55,177 nucleotides of DNA from Comamonadaceae bacterium (GTDB taxonomy: Bacteria > Pseudomonadota > Gammaproteobacteria > Burkholderiales > Burkholderiaceae_C): assembly GCA_037133835.1 (NCBI GenBank), contig JBAXNI010000001.1:1-55177 (forward strand), given 5' to 3'. Below are positions 22,901-33,566 of this stretch, in pieces; within the stretch, counting starts at the first letter, position 1, and the number at the start of each line of letters is the position of its first letter. The notes under the pieces are model-generated. The model saw nothing but the letters and a program-made list of their open reading frames with translations, had not been told where the DNA came from and ran no database searches. The translations under genes and the position numbers were made by a program.

Positions 22901-23218
22901 GCCCTGGTGCCACAAGTCGAGTGCGCAATTCAAAGCCGTTTGCCCCCCCATGGTCGGCAAAATGGCGTCGGGGCGTTCCTTGACAATGATCTTCTCGACC
23001 GTCTGCCACGTAATCGGCTCGATGTAGGTCACATCCGCCGTGGCCGGATCCGTCATGATGGTGGCCGGGTTGCTGTTGATCAGGATGACCCTGTAACCCT
23101 CTTCGCGCAGGGCCTTGCAGGCCTGGACGCCTGAATAATCGAACTCGCAGGCCTGGCCAATGATGATCGGTCCCGCACCAATGATGAGAATGGATTTGAG
23201 GTCTGTGCGCTTAGGCAT
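19922..23218 (-). CDS. carB: Carbamoyl-phosphate synthase large subunit
   Basis: Start at MPKRTD; [17 protein letters not shown], duplicated ATP-grasp halves, C-terminal MGS domain. Confidence 0.98.
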   Translation of the reverse strand: MPKRTDLKSILIIGAGPIIIGQACEFDYSGVQACKALREEGYRVILINSNPATIMTDPATADVTYIEPITWQTVEKIIVKERPDAILPTMGGQTALNCALDLWHQGVLERYQVELIGASPQAIDKAEDRLKFKDAMTSIGLSSARSGIAHSMQDAWAVQKTVGFPTVIRPSFTLGGTGGGIAYNAEEFEVICKRGLEASPTNELLIEESLLGWKEFEMEVVRDKADNCIIVCSIENLDPMGVHTGDSITVAPAQTLSDKEYQILRNASLAVLREIGVDTGGSNVQFAINPDDGRMVVIEMNPRVSRSSALASKATGFPIAKVAAKLAVGYTLDELRNEITGGATPASFEPSIDYVVTKIPRFAFEKFPAANSRLTTQMKSVGEVMAIGRTFQESFQKALRGLEVGVDGMNEKTQDRELLEKELGEPGPDRIWYVGDAFAAGWSVEEVFALTRIDRWFLVQIEQIVKIELEIERLPAAAGRSALDGIDAATLRALKQKGFSDRRLARQFKTTDTAVRERRHALGVRPVYKRVDTCAAEFSTNTAYMYSTYEAEGAECEAAPTDRKKIMVLGGGPNRIGQGIEFDYCCVHAALALREDGYETIMVNCNPETVSTDYDTSDRLYFEPLTLEDVLEIVDKEKPLGVIVQYGGQTPLKLALGLEANGVPIIGTSPDMIDAAEDRERFQQLLHTLGLRQPSNATARTEPEALEKAAALGYPLVVRPSYVLGGRAMEIVHEQRDLERYMREAVKVSHDSPVLLDRFLNDAIECDVDCLRDSGSSTEVGRTFIGGVMEHIEQAGVHSGDSACSLPPYSLSGATVAEIKRQTAAMACALEVVGLMNVQFAIQNIDGKDVIYVLEVNPRASRTVPFVSKATGIQLAKVAARCMVGQSLASQGIRTEVTPPYFSVKEAVFPFVKFPGVDTILGPEMKSTGEVMGVGRTFGEAFVKSQIGAGTKLPRPSAIQGESSGKVFISVKGHDKPRAVEVARALAAMGFAVLATKGTAASINAAGLSCTVVNKVTEGRPHIVDMIKNNEIVMVIHTVEERRNAIADSRQIRTSALLARVTTFTTIAGAEAAVQGMPHVDHLDVISLQDMHAQLAND

Positions 23219-24413
23219 TCTTCTTCTCCTGTGCCTTGTCCATGAGCGCCGTGAAGCGATCAAACAGATAGGCGATGTCGTGCGGTCCCGGCGAGGCCTC
23301 TGGATGCCCTTGAAAGCAAAATGCGGGTCGGTCCGTTCGCGCCAGCCCCTGCAGCGTGCCGTCGAACAAACTGACGTGGGTGGCGCGCAAATTGGCCGGC
23401 AAGGTCGTCTCGTTGACGGCAAAACCATGGTTCTGGCTCGTGATACTGACACGCCCACTGTCGAGGTCCTTGACAGGATGGTTGGCACCGTGATGACCGA
23501 ATTTCATTTTGAATGTCTTTGCGCCACTGGCCAAAGCCATGATCTGGTGACCAAGGCAGATGCCGAACGTCGGAATGCCGGTCTCTATGAGCTCTGCAAC
23601 CGCTTTGATCGCGTAGTCACAAGGCTGTGGATCACCGGGACCATTGCTGAGGAAAATTCCGTCCGGTTCAAGGGCAAGAGCCTGCGCTGCACTGGTCTGC
23701 GCCGGTAGCACGGTGACCCGACAGGCCCGCTCTGCCAGCATGCGCAGGATATTGAACTTGACGCCAAAATCATAGGCCACGACATGGAACCGACTGTCGG
23801 TCCGGGTACCAAACCCGGCCTTGCCGTTGGCCTGCGAATGTGCCAATTGCCATTCGGTCTGCGTCCACTCGTAGGCGGCCTTGGTCGAGACTACCTTCGC
23901 CAGATCAGTACCAGCCATGCTGGGGGCGCCTTGGACCAGGGCCAAGGCTCGGTCAACGCTGGTCCGCGTAACGCTTTCCGCAGCGCTCAAAGTCAGAATA
24001 CAACCGCTTTGCGCGCCGTGGGTCCGCAGATGGCGCGTCAGCTGGCGTGTGTCCAGATTGGCGATGGCGACCGTGTTCTCCTGCACGAGGTACTGTGACA
24101 GCGACATGGTGGAACGAAAACTGGAAGCCACCAAGGGCAGGTCACGGATGATCAAACCAGCGGCGTGTACCCTGGCAGCTTCGACGTCCTGCGGATTGAC
24201 ACCATAGTTACCGATGTGTGGATAGGTCAAGGTCACGATTTGCTGACAGTAACTCGGGTCCGTCAGAATTTCCTGGTAGCCAGTCATGGCAGTGTTGAAC
24301 ACTACCTCGCCAACCGTGGAGCCAGCGGCTCCTATGGAATTTCCGACAAACACCGTGCCGTCTGCGAGCGCCAGGATAGCGGCGGGATAGATTCCCTGTA
24401 AAGACAAAAGCAC
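23211..24413 (-). CDS. carA: Carbamoyl-phosphate synthase small subunit
   Basis: [30 protein letters not shown] (catalytic Cys), [10 protein letters not shown]; GTG start with GGAG Shine-Dalgarno. Confidence 0.97.
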   Translation of the reverse strand: MLLSLQGIYPAAILALADGTVFVGNSIGAAGSTVGEVVFNTAMTGYQEILTDPSYCQQIVTLTYPHIGNYGVNPQDVEAARVHAAGLIIRDLPLVASSFRSTMSLSQYLVQENTVAIANLDTRQLTRHLRTHGAQSGCILTLSAAESVTRTSVDRALALVQGAPSMAGTDLAKVVSTKAAYEWTQTEWQLAHSQANGKAGFGTRTDSRFHVVAYDFGVKFNILRMLAERACRVTVLPAQTSAAQALALEPDGIFLSNGPGDPQPCDYAIKAVAELIETGIPTFGICLGHQIMALASGAKTFKMKFGHHGANHPVKDLDSGRVSITSQNHGFAVNETTLPANLRATHVSLFDGTLQGLARTDRPAFCFQGHPEASPGPHDIAYLFDRFTALMDKAQEKKNA

Positions 24414-24437
24414 TGGGTTCTCCGGATGGGTTTTCGG

Positions 24438-24515
24438 GTACGCCCAAACGTGCTCAAGCGTTGACTCTTGGCTTGCAATATTGAGGGATTTTGCTTGAGA
24501 AGGCTCTGGGCGTAC
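24438..24515 (-). promoter_or_regulatory. Structured 5' leader of carA (nested inverted repeats)
   Basis: GTACGCCCA (24438-24446) pairs with TGGGCGTAC (24507-24515); nested CTCAAGC (24453-24459) pairs with GCTTGAG (24493-24499). Confidence 0.6.
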
Positions 24516-24524
24516 AGCGTGCGG

Positions 24525-24541
24525 TGAAGCGCTTCATTATA
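24525..24541 (-). promoter_or_regulatory. carA -10 (TATAAT) with a 12-bp palindrome over the predicted +1
   Basis: TATAAT at 24541-24536 overlaps the upstream stop codon; perfect palindrome TGAAGCGCTTCA at 24525-24536. Confidence 0.55.
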
Positions 24542-25346
24542 GCCGAGGCAAGACCTGAGACAGGTGCTGGCTCGCACTGGCATGCAGGCAAATGGCGGCC
24601 GCTGCAGCGACGTTGAGTGACTCCTCGCCGCCCGGTTGTGCAATGCGAATTTGCAGACCCGCCAACGCTTCAAGTTCGACGCCAACGCCCTGCCCTTCGT
24701 GCCCGAATGCCCAGGCGCATGGCATCGGAAGGGCTTTCCCGTACTGTGCTTGATGAAGGTACTCACCCTGATGCGAGCTCGTGACGATGATGGGCACGGT
24801 CAAACCCGATACGTGAGCCGGCTCCACGCCCTCGATCAGCTGCAAGCCCCAGTGGGCGCCCATGCCCGCCCGCAACACCTTCGGACTCCAAAGCGCAGCG
24901 GTACCTTCAAGGGCGATGATCTGTGTGAAACCGAAAGCGCTGGCACTGCGCAGAATGGATCCAACATTGCCAGCGTCCTGAACCTGATCAAGAATAACGG
25001 AGGCCAATGTTGGCTGCAAAACACTCGTCGCCGGCAGTTCAAACACAAAGCCGATACCGGCTGAGGACTCAAGAACGCCGATGTCGGCGAACAGTCTGTC
25101 GGCTATGACAATGTTCTTGCTGGTCACCTCGGCCCACGCTGCCGGCGCGGCAGACCAATAGGACTCCGAAAAAATGGCCACCACGGGCTTGACTCCGCGC
25201 GCCAGCGCGGCGCCACACAAGTGCTCGCCCTCGACCCAGAATCGACCCTGTTTGCGGTAGGCGGTGCTGTCCCTTGACAAGCGCCGCAGGTCTTTCAGAA
25301 ATGCGTTGTCACGCGAACTTATGCGTTGGAATGGTGCGGTACTCAT
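24537..25346 (-). CDS. TrmH/SpoU family RNA methyltransferase
   Basis: [48 protein letters not shown] (SPOUT motifs). Confidence 0.92.
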   Translation of the reverse strand: MSTAPFQRISSRDNAFLKDLRRLSRDSTAYRKQGRFWVEGEHLCGAALARGVKPVVAIFSESYWSAAPAAWAEVTSKNIVIADRLFADIGVLESSAGIGFVFELPATSVLQPTLASVILDQVQDAGNVGSILRSASAFGFTQIIALEGTAALWSPKVLRAGMGAHWGLQLIEGVEPAHVSGLTVPIIVTSSHQGEYLHQAQYGKALPMPCAWAFGHEGQGVGVELEALAGLQIRIAQPGGEESLNVAAAAAICLHASASQHLSQVLPRL

Positions 25347-25960
25347 TTCATGACCTCGGCCACCGGTCGGAAGGTTTTTCGATGCTGCGGACAGGCCCCG
25401 TGGAGGCGAAGCGCCTCGAGATGCGCGGCCGTACCGTACCCCTTGTGCTTTGCAAAGCCGTACTGCGGGAACTGCAGGTCGTACTCTACACACCAGCGAT
25501 CACGCTGTACTTTCGCCAGGATCGATGCCGCGGAAATGGCAGGCACCAGACTATCGCCTTTGACAATCGCCTCGGCCAGTACGTCAAGCAATGGCAGTTG
25601 ATTGCCGTCGACCAGAACCTTGACCGGTTTGAGTCGCAAGCCCTCGACGGCACGGCGCATGGCCAATAGTGTTGCCTGCAGAATATTGAGTTGCTCGATT
25701 TCCTCGACACTGGCCTGCGCAATCGAGCAACACAAGGCTTTGGCGCGAATCTCGTCAAACAGCTTTTCACGTCGCAAAGCAGTCAGCGTCTTGGAATCAG
25801 CCAGGCCCTTGATCGTTTCACAGTCATCCAGAATGACGGCGGCGGCCACCACGGGACCCGCCAATGGACCTCGACCAGCTTCGTCGACGCCTGCCACGAG
25901 ACCAGGTATGTCCCAATTCAAGGATGCCTGTTCAGCCTTGAAGTACTTGCTCGATCGCAT
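25343..25960 (-). CDS. rnhB: Ribonuclease HII
   Basis: [38 protein letters not shown]. Confidence 0.97.
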   Translation of the reverse strand: MRSSKYFKAEQASLNWDIPGLVAGVDEAGRGPLAGPVVAAAVILDDCETIKGLADSKTLTALRREKLFDEIRAKALCCSIAQASVEEIEQLNILQATLLAMRRAVEGLRLKPVKVLVDGNQLPLLDVLAEAIVKGDSLVPAISAASILAKVQRDRWCVEYDLQFPQYGFAKHKGYGTAAHLEALRLHGACPQHRKTFRPVAEVMK

Positions 25961-27065
25961 GGGTGGCCAGTTCAGGGGTGTTACGCTGGAGTTGCCGATG
26001 CAGGTGAAGGAAGCGCTGCTGCAATGCGGCCACTTTCTCGGGTGCATCAAGCCAGGAGAGCACGGCGTCGGACAGCGCTTCGGGCTCGGCCTCCTCCTGC
26101 AGCAATTCCGGCACGACAAATTCCTCACACAGGATGTTGGGCAGTCCAACCCAGGGTTGCAACCTCTTGCGACGCATGATTTGCCATGACCACCAAGCCA
26201 TATGGTAGGCAATCACCATCGGCCGTTTGAAGAGGGCCGCCTCCAGCGTAGCGGTGCCGCTGGCGATCAGAGTGACGTCGCACGCCGCCAGGACGGTGTG
26301 TGCCTGCCCCTCGATGATCTGCAGATTGCGCGTCAGACCGCAGTCCCGAGCGGCCAGTTCAATTTCGGATCTCAGCCCGGGCGCCGCGGGAACAACCAAT
26401 TGAAGGGCCGGGCGCTGCTGCTGCAATCGCACTGCCGTCCGAAAAAACCGGCTTGCCAGGTGGCTGATTTCTGATTTTCGACTGCCTGGGAGGATGGCCA
26501 CGACCTGATCTTCCCCGGCAAGCCCCAGGGCTTTGCGCGCCGCCGCTCGATCCGGCTCCATCGGAATCACCTTGGCGAGCGGATGACCCACGTACGTCGC
26601 AGCGATACCGTGCTGCGCCAGCAAAGCGGGCTCGAAAGGGAAGATACAAAGCACGTGGTCAACGCTGCGGCGGATTTTCTTGATACGCTCCGGGCGCCAG
26701 GCCCAGACCGACGGCGAAACAAAATGCACCGTCTTGATGTCCCTGGCCTTCAAGGCTGCCTCGAGGTCGAGGTTGAAATCCGGGGCATCAACACCGATGA
26801 ACAGGCTCGGGGGCTGGCGCAACAGTCGGGCCTTCAGTTGTTCCCGAATGTTGAAAATTTCACGATAGCGGCGCAGTACCTCCCAGCCATAGCCATGCAC
26901 TGACAGCTTATCGTGCGGCCACCACGCCTCGAATCCGCAACCAGCCATCCGGGGTCCACCAATGCCGACCGCACTCAAGTCAGGCCAGCGTTGATGCAAC
27001 CCGTCGAGTAACAGGGCAGCCAGCAAATCACCCGATGCTTCGCCGGCAACCATGCCGAACTTCAT
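25932..27065 (-). CDS. lpxB: Lipid-A-disaccharide synthase
   Basis: [38 protein letters not shown]. Confidence 0.97.
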   Translation of the reverse strand: MKFGMVAGEASGDLLAALLLDGLHQRWPDLSAVGIGGPRMAGCGFEAWWPHDKLSVHGYGWEVLRRYREIFNIREQLKARLLRQPPSLFIGVDAPDFNLDLEAALKARDIKTVHFVSPSVWAWRPERIKKIRRSVDHVLCIFPFEPALLAQHGIAATYVGHPLAKVIPMEPDRAAARKALGLAGEDQVVAILPGSRKSEISHLASRFFRTAVRLQQQRPALQLVVPAAPGLRSEIELAARDCGLTRNLQIIEGQAHTVLAACDVTLIASGTATLEAALFKRPMVIAYHMAWWSWQIMRRKRLQPWVGLPNILCEEFVVPELLQEEAEPEALSDAVLSWLDAPEKVAALQQRFLHLHRQLQRNTPELATHAIEQVLQG

Positions 27066-27066
27066 A

Positions 27067-27861
27067 TCAACGCACGATTCCGCGCTGTGGCGACGATTGC
27101 TCCAGGAACGAAAGCATCATTTGGACATCAGCAAAAGATTCGGGATGCTTCTTCGACAAGTCCGCGATCCGTTCCCGCGCCAGTTGCAACGTCAGATCTT
27201 CGCGGTAGAGCGCCTTGTACATGGCCTTGACCACGGCCATGCGCCCGGCAGTGAAATCGCGCCGGCGCAAACCGATGCTGTTGACGCCCCGCACCGACAG
27301 CGGGTTTCCATCCACCAGCATGAACGGTGGAACATCCTGCGCTACGGCGCTGGCAAAGCCAACCATGGCGTGGGCACCAACCTTCACAAATTGGTGAATA
27401 CCGGTGAGGCCACCAATCGTCACCCACTGTCCCAAATGCACATGCCCGCCCAGTGTCGTGTTATTGGCCAGCGTCGTGTGGTCATCGATTTGGCAGTCGT
27501 GGGCCACATGGGTGTAGGCCATGATCCAGTTGTCATCGCCGATTTTCGTCACGCCCTGATCACCGGGAGACCCGATGTTGAAAGTGCAAAACTCGCGAAT
27601 CGTGTTGCGGTCACCAATCTGCAGTCCACAGGGCTCACCCCGGTACTTCTTGTCCTGTGGAATGGCGCCAAGCGAATTGAATTGAAAGATCCGGTTGTCA
27701 TGCCCGATCGTGGTATGACCCTCGATGACACAATGCGCTCCAACAGTGGTCCCGGCCCCGATCTTGACATGGGGGCCAATCAGCGAATAGGCACCGACAC
27801 TGACAGAAGCATCAAGTTCGGCGCCCGGATCAACGATGGCAGTAGCATGAATCGCAGTCAC
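27067..27861 (-). CDS. lpxA: Acyl-ACP--UDP-N-acetylglucosamine O-acyltransferase
   Basis: Hexapeptide repeats, PQDKKY, IREF, HVAHDC, IHQF; GTG start. Confidence 0.96.
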   Translation of the reverse strand: MTAIHATAIVDPGAELDASVSVGAYSLIGPHVKIGAGTTVGAHCVIEGHTTIGHDNRIFQFNSLGAIPQDKKYRGEPCGLQIGDRNTIREFCTFNIGSPGDQGVTKIGDDNWIMAYTHVAHDCQIDDHTTLANNTTLGGHVHLGQWVTIGGLTGIHQFVKVGAHAMVGFASAVAQDVPPFMLVDGNPLSVRGVNSIGLRRRDFTAGRMAVVKAMYKALYREDLTLQLARERIADLSKKHPESFADVQMMLSFLEQSSPQRGIVR

Positions 27862-27871
27862 GCCACACCCC

Positions 27872-28312
27872 TTACTTGATGGAGCGCATGGCGCAAGTGA
27901 GCTCAGCTTCCACGGCGATCTCGCTACCAACCAGAGCCCGGGTCTTGAACTTGAAAATACCAGCTTTCATGCGCAGAAGTTGCGCTTCCAGAATGAGCTG
28001 GTCTCCCGGTTCCACTGGACGCCTGAAGCGCACATCGCTCATTCCGGCAAAGTAGTAAATCATCTTGTCGTCCGGTGACGCGTCGAGCGCGTCAAACGAC
28101 AGCAGGGCCGAAGCCTGTGCCAGCGCCTCCAGCATGAGCACCCCCGGCATCACCGGGCGATTGGGGAAATGCCCCTCGAAGAACGGCTCGTTGATGGTGA
28201 CGTTCTTCAGCGCCTTGATGCTTTTTCCCTTGTCGATCTCCAGAACCCGATCCACCAGCAAGAAGGGATAGCGATGCGGCAATTTGTTCAGAATCTTGTG
28301 TATATCCATCAT
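27872..28312 (-). CDS. fabZ: 3-hydroxyacyl-ACP dehydratase
   Basis: [37 protein letters not shown]. Confidence 0.97.
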   Translation of the reverse strand: MMDIHKILNKLPHRYPFLLVDRVLEIDKGKSIKALKNVTINEPFFEGHFPNRPVMPGVLMLEALAQASALLSFDALDASPDDKMIYYFAGMSDVRFRRPVEPGDQLILEAQLLRMKAGIFKFKTRALVGSEIAVEAELTCAMRSIK

Positions 28313-29307
28313 GCTGGGTCTAACTTGGGTGTCGATTTCTTTGCAATAGCTTCCAGGACACGAATGCGATCTCGCAAACCGTGTAACTGCTTGACCGAAG
28401 CCGCGTTCTTTTCCCAAACGCCATTGTCGTCAATCGGAAAGATACCGGTGTAATGTCCGGCGTTGCGGATCGAGCGCGTCACCACAGTGGCCGCCGAAAT
28501 GTTGACGCCGTCGGCCAGCTCAAGGTGCCCGAGAACGACTGCACCACCACCAATCGTGCAATTGGCGCCAATGATGGCGCTGCCCGCGACTCCTGCGCAA
28601 CCGGCCATCGCCGTGTTCTTGCCAATGCGCACGTTGTGACCGATCTGGATCAGGTTGTCGAGCTTGACGCCGTCCTCGATGACGGTATCTTGCAAAGCAC
28701 CACGATCAATACAGGTATTGGCCCCAATTTCGACGTCATCGCCAATCCTGACCGCACCAAGCTGTTCAATCTTTTCCCATCCTCCGGCATGTGGTGCAAA
28801 CCCAAATCCGTCTGCGCCTATCACAACGCCAGGGTGAATGAGACACCGCTCACCAATGATGCACCCTTGTGACACTGTAACGCGCGACTTGAGTTCGGTG
28901 TCAGCTCCAATGTGTGCACCGCCTTCGATAACACACAAGGGCCCTATGCGCGCACTCGGATGCACGATGGCCAGCGGATCTATCACCGCGCTCGGATGCC
29001 TCAGCAATGTCGGTGGCCGCAGTACGATGCGTTTCCAGAGTTGCGTAAGGCGGGCGAAATACAGATAGGGTTCGTCGGAGACAATGCAGGCGCCGCGCAG
29101 CAACGCCGCAGCGTACATCTGCCGATCAACGATCACGCAAGCGGCCCGAGAGCTCGCCAGTTGGTTCCGGTAGCGAACATTGCTCAGAAAACTCAAGTGG
29201 TCAGAGTCGGCTGATTCCAGCGTCGCCAAGCCGTTGATCAGCAGGGCCCGGTCGCCATGGAGCTCACCACCAAGCTCATCAACAATCGAACCGAGACTCA
29301 GGCCCAC
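28309..29307 (-). CDS. lpxD: UDP-3-O-(3-hydroxyacyl)glucosamine N-acyltransferase
   Basis: Hexapeptide repeats, [27 protein letters not shown]. Confidence 0.96.
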   Translation of the reverse strand: MGLSLGSIVDELGGELHGDRALLINGLATLESADSDHLSFLSNVRYRNQLASSRAACVIVDRQMYAAALLRGACIVSDEPYLYFARLTQLWKRIVLRPPTLLRHPSAVIDPLAIVHPSARIGPLCVIEGGAHIGADTELKSRVTVSQGCIIGERCLIHPGVVIGADGFGFAPHAGGWEKIEQLGAVRIGDDVEIGANTCIDRGALQDTVIEDGVKLDNLIQIGHNVRIGKNTAMAGCAGVAGSAIIGANCTIGGGAVVLGHLELADGVNISAATVVTRSIRNAGHYTGIFPIDDNGVWEKNAASVKQLHGLRDRIRVLEAIAKKSTPKLDPA

Positions 29308-29328
29308 TCTTGAAATGCCTCAGCGGTT

Positions 29329-29847
29329 CTACTTCACGCCACCCGCATTCAATGTTTTGATGACTTTGTCGGTAATGTCATGTTTTGGATTGACGTACAC
29401 AGCCTCTTGCAGGACCAGATCGTATTTCTCGGTTTCGGCAACCTGTTTGACCACCTTGTTGGCGCGTTCCAGAACTTGTTGCAGTTCCTCGTTCTTTCTT
29501 GAAGTCAGGTCTTCCTGAAACTCGCGGCGCTTGCGTTGTAACTCGCGGTCCTGATCAAGCAGCTGCTTTTGCCGACTTGTCCTTTGACCTTCTGGCAGTG
29601 TCGGTCCCTCTCGTTCAAACTTGTCAACCATCGACTTCAATGTCGTACCCAGATCAACAATGTCTTTTTCCCGCTTGGAAAACTCCTGTTCCAGCTTGGC
29701 TTGAGCGGCCTTGGCGGTGCTCGCCTCCTTGAAAATACGATCGGTGCTGACGAACCCGATGCGAAACTCTTGCGCCTGAACCGGAGCCAGAATCAGCAAG
29801 CCACCGAACATCACACCGGCGGCACATTGACGTAATAAGTCGTTCAT
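29329..29847 (-). CDS. skp: OmpH/Skp periplasmic chaperone
   Basis: Signal peptide, coiled-coil body, YDLVLQ...DITDKVIK; between bamA and lpxD. Confidence 0.93.
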   Translation of the reverse strand: MNDLLRQCAAGVMFGGLLILAPVQAQEFRIGFVSTDRIFKEASTAKAAQAKLEQEFSKREKDIVDLGTTLKSMVDKFEREGPTLPEGQRTSRQKQLLDQDRELQRKRREFQEDLTSRKNEELQQVLERANKVVKQVAETEKYDLVLQEAVYVNPKHDITDKVIKTLNAGGVK

Positions 29848-32138
29848 TAGAAATTCGTCCCAATCTGAAATTGCATGTTCTGTATTTTATCGCCATCATA
29901 TTTCTTGATTGGTTTGGCAAACGCAAGGCGCAAGGGACCCATTGGCGAGATCCAGCTGACACCCACACCAACCGACGCCCGCAAATTGTTCGCGTCGGCG
30001 TTGACCCCGTCAGGGCCGGCCACGCCACCCAAATCGCCAAAGGCATACATCCGCAATGTCCGGTCATTGCCAGATCCAGGGAAGGGAGACAACAACTCCA
30101 CGTTCAAATTGAGTTTGCTGGAGCCACCCAACGCGACGCCGCTTGCATCCTGGGGCCCGAGGCTGCCCTGTTCGAATCCACGGACAGATCCGAGTCCACC
30201 TCCGAAGAACTTCTTGAACACCGGAAATGAACGATCTCCGGGTGCCATTCCCCAGCCGAACTCTCCATTGAAGGCCACTGTAAATTGCTTGTTCAGTGGA
30301 ATGAACTGCTGATACTGGTAGGTTGTCCTAAGGTAGCGCGCCTCGCCTGCTGCCGACCATTCGACGTAAGCGCGTTGAAAGCGGCCGGAATTTGGAGAGA
30401 GAGCACTGTCCCGGCTGTCACGTGCCCAGCCAGCAGTGAACGGTACGGACATGCTGTCGTAGCCATACTGATTGGCATACGCCATGTAAGAAGTGGGCAA
30501 TGCCGTGCCCGGAACAATCGTCGTCTTTTCCACCCCGGCACCAAAATAAACCGTATCGATCTCGGTAAACGGCACACCAAAGCGCAGGCTCCCGCCAGTC
30601 GACACAAGTTGATAGTAACTTTGATCCTGATACGGACTGCTTGATTTGTGGTACAGGTCAATCGTCCGCGACACGCCGTCCTGTGTGAAGTAGGGGTCGG
30701 TCGTATTGAACACAATGACACGATTGATCTTGCTCGTATTGACCTGCACGCCAAGTGAATTGCCTGAGCCAAAGGCATTGTCCTGCTTCAAACCAAAAGA
30801 AAGTCCCAAGCCATCGGCGCTTGAAAAGCCGGCTCCAAGGCTCAAACTCCCCGTGGGCTTGTCAACCACATTGATCGTCAGGTCCACCTGATCTGGCGAG
30901 CCAGGTACTTCCTGCGTCTCGATGCCGACTTCCTTGAAGTAGCCCAGTCGATCTACCCGGTCGCGTGACAACCTGATCTTGTCACCGTCATACCATGAGG
31001 CCTCAAATTGCCGAAATTCCCTGCGTACGACGACGTCGCGAGTTCTGCTGTTGCCGACCACGTTGATTCTGCGAACATAGGCACGACGCGATGGATCGGC
31101 CTGGAGGACGAGCAGTACGCGATTATTGGCTCGATCAATTTCAGGTCGCGCAATAACACGCGCAAAAGCAAATCCGAAGTTTCCAAAATAGTCGGTGAAG
31201 GCCTTGGTGGTCCTGACGACCTCATCCGCGTTGTAGGCCTGGCCGGGCTGAATCGTTACCAGTGACTTGAATTCCTCCTCCTTGCCAAGGAAATTACCTT
31301 CGAGTTTGACACCACTGACCACAAAGCGATCACCTTCAGTGACATTGATCGTGATCGCAATATCTGTCTTGTTCGGCAGTATCGCAACTTGAGTCGAATC
31401 GACCTTGAACTCAATGTAGCCGCGGGTCAAGTAGTAGGAGCGAAGGGTTTCAATATCGGCATTGAGTTTGGCGCGCGAATAGCGATCCGACTTGGTATAC
31501 CAACTCAGCCAGCCACCGGTGTCAAGGTCAAACAGACCTCGAAGCGTTGACTCGCCAAACACCTCGTTGCCGACGATTCTGATTTCACTGATCTTTGCGG
31601 GCTCCCCTTCAACCACGGTAAAGGTCAGGTTGACACGATTGCGCTCGGCCGGTGTCACGGTGGACACGACATCGGCGGCGTAAAGACTGCGATTGATGTA
31701 CTGTCGTTTAAGTTCCTGCTCCGCCCTGTCCAATTGCGCCTTGTCAAAAGGTCGGCCATCGGCAAGGCCGACATCACGTAGCGCCTTCTTGAGTACATCC
31801 TTGTCGAATTCCTTGGTTCCGACAAAGTCCACTTCGGCAATCGTGGGCCGCTCCTCGACCAGAATCACGAGAACATCGCCGCTGACTTCAATCCGTACGT
31901 CCTTGAATAAGCCAAGGTCAAAAAGCGCGCGAATCGCCGAAGTACCCTTTTCGTCGTTGTAGACATCACCAACCCGCACCGGCAACGAAATGAATATGGT
32001 TCCCGGTTCGACGCGTTGCAAACCCTCAATGCGGATGTCACGTACGGTAAAAGGGTTGACAGCCCACGCCGCACCAGTCATCAGGGCCAGGCACGTCACA
32101 GTCGTTGCGGCACGCGGGAAAAAGCGATTAAATTGCAT
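29847..32138 (-). CDS. bamA: Outer membrane protein assembly factor BamA
   Basis: DIRIEGLQRV POTRA start, VRGF motif, C-terminal FQIGTNF. Confidence 0.97.
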   Translation of the reverse strand: MQFNRFFPRAATTVTCLALMTGAAWAVNPFTVRDIRIEGLQRVEPGTIFISLPVRVGDVYNDEKGTSAIRALFDLGLFKDVRIEVSGDVLVILVEERPTIAEVDFVGTKEFDKDVLKKALRDVGLADGRPFDKAQLDRAEQELKRQYINRSLYAADVVSTVTPAERNRVNLTFTVVEGEPAKISEIRIVGNEVFGESTLRGLFDLDTGGWLSWYTKSDRYSRAKLNADIETLRSYYLTRGYIEFKVDSTQVAILPNKTDIAITINVTEGDRFVVSGVKLEGNFLGKEEEFKSLVTIQPGQAYNADEVVRTTKAFTDYFGNFGFAFARVIARPEIDRANNRVLLVLQADPSRRAYVRRINVVGNSRTRDVVVRREFRQFEASWYDGDKIRLSRDRVDRLGYFKEVGIETQEVPGSPDQVDLTINVVDKPTGSLSLGAGFSSADGLGLSFGLKQDNAFGSGNSLGVQVNTSKINRVIVFNTTDPYFTQDGVSRTIDLYHKSSSPYQDQSYYQLVSTGGSLRFGVPFTEIDTVYFGAGVEKTTIVPGTALPTSYMAYANQYGYDSMSVPFTAGWARDSRDSALSPNSGRFQRAYVEWSAAGEARYLRTTYQYQQFIPLNKQFTVAFNGEFGWGMAPGDRSFPVFKKFFGGGLGSVRGFEQGSLGPQDASGVALGGSSKLNLNVELLSPFPGSGNDRTLRMYAFGDLGGVAGPDGVNADANNLRASVGVGVSWISPMGPLRLAFAKPIKKYDGDKIQNMQFQIGTNF

Positions 32139-32186
32139 TTTAAATATTGAATAGTCAAACCAGCGCCGAACAATCAACGCCAGACA

Positions 32187-33548
32187 TTAGCCAAACAGTC
32201 GGTTGATATCATTAAAAATTGCGATTGACATCATGACCAACAGAACCGCAAAGCCGCCCCGCTGCAGACGCTCCATGGATACGTCGGAGACAGGTTTGCC
32301 CGTGATCCATTCCCAAAGATAATACATCAGGTGACCGCCATCGAGCAGCGGGAGCGGCAGCAAGTTCAAAACGCCCAGACTGACGCTGATCAAGCCGAGG
32401 AACAAAAGATATTGCGTCCATCCCAGACCAGCGGACTTGCCCGCGTAATCTGCTATGGTCAACGGACCACTCAGGTTCTTGAGCGATGCCTCACCGATCA
32501 GCATCTTCCCCATCGTCCTGACTGTCAACCGGGAGATATCTCGGGCGCGAACCATCGCGCGCCACAAACCATCCAGCGGGCCATAGATGACGGTAACCAT
32601 TTCTGGTGCTGCGCCGACATAGGCGCCAATTTTTCCAACCCACTGGTCGCCCTCTCGCTGCCGCTCCGGTTTGACCTGAACGGCGAGTTCCAGCCCTGAA
32701 CGATCAACCTTCCACAATGTCTGTGATCCATCAGTTCCGTCGACGGACGCCCGAATCAGCTGACGCAACTGTCGCCCGTCAAACACGGGCACCGCACCGA
32801 CCTGGCGGACCACATCGCCGTTGCGCAAGCCAGCTCGATCAGCGGCTCCACCGACCATGATATTGCCCATGACCGGTCGGGTAAACGGTCCAGACAGTCC
32901 GACCTGTTGAAACAACTCGCCGCTCAGTTCACTGCCATTGACGCTGCTCGATCGAAGCACAATATCGTGGCTCCGACTGGTCGTCGACTCGGTCACCTGC
33001 AACCAGAGATCCTGCCGTTCCAGCGCCGAACGAGTCAGCCACCAGTGAACATCCTCGTAAGACCGAACCTCCTGCAATTCGGAGCGATCAAATCCTGCAC
33101 GCAACACTTTTTCACCACCTGTCAATCCAGCGCGCGCAGCGATCGACCCCGTATCCGGCCTCGCCAGGATCGCCGACGGCAACAGGACACCACTCCAGTG
33201 GACTACCGCATAAAGCAACACGGCCAGCAGCAAATTGGCAGCAGGGCCTGCCACGACGATGGCGACGCGTGCCGGCAATGGCTGCAGGTTGAACGCCTGA
33301 TGTCGTTCTTCGGGCATCACCTGGCCATCGCGCTCGTCGAGCATCTTCACGTAGCCACCAAGCGGAAAGGCGCAAAGGAGAAATTCAGTAGGTGAGCCCT
33401 TTGGTTTCCAGCGCAGCAGTGGTTTTCCAAAACCAACGGAAAACCGCGTAACCTTGACCCCGCACAGCACAGCCACGATGTAGTGCCCAAATTCATGGAC
33501 AGTAATCAAGAGCCCGAGGGCGAGCGCAAATGCGATAAGCGTCAACAT
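32187..33548 (-). CDS. rseP: RIP metalloprotease RseP
   Basis: HEFGH, FSVGFG, PLGGYVKM, PDZ region, NLLPLPLLDGG. Confidence 0.96.
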   Translation of the reverse strand: MLTLIAFALALGLLITVHEFGHYIVAVLCGVKVTRFSVGFGKPLLRWKPKGSPTEFLLCAFPLGGYVKMLDERDGQVMPEERHQAFNLQPLPARVAIVVAGPAANLLLAVLLYAVVHWSGVLLPSAILARPDTGSIAARAGLTGGEKVLRAGFDRSELQEVRSYEDVHWWLTRSALERQDLWLQVTESTTSRSHDIVLRSSSVNGSELSGELFQQVGLSGPFTRPVMGNIMVGGAADRAGLRNGDVVRQVGAVPVFDGRQLRQLIRASVDGTDGSQTLWKVDRSGLELAVQVKPERQREGDQWVGKIGAYVGAAPEMVTVIYGPLDGLWRAMVRARDISRLTVRTMGKMLIGEASLKNLSGPLTIADYAGKSAGLGWTQYLLFLGLISVSLGVLNLLPLPLLDGGHLMYYLWEWITGKPVSDVSMERLQRGGFAVLLVMMSIAIFNDINRLFG

Positions 33549-33566
33549 ACCAATGTCAGGTTGCAA

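Noticed and set aside
23219-23488. ORF-track N-terminal extension of CarB (similarly PurF, RnhB, TrmH-like, FabZ, LpxA, DUF4149, Rnr, PhaR, amidase)
   Set aside because: Extensions overlap neighbouring genes or regulatory DNA; family-typical N-termini begin at downstream starts.
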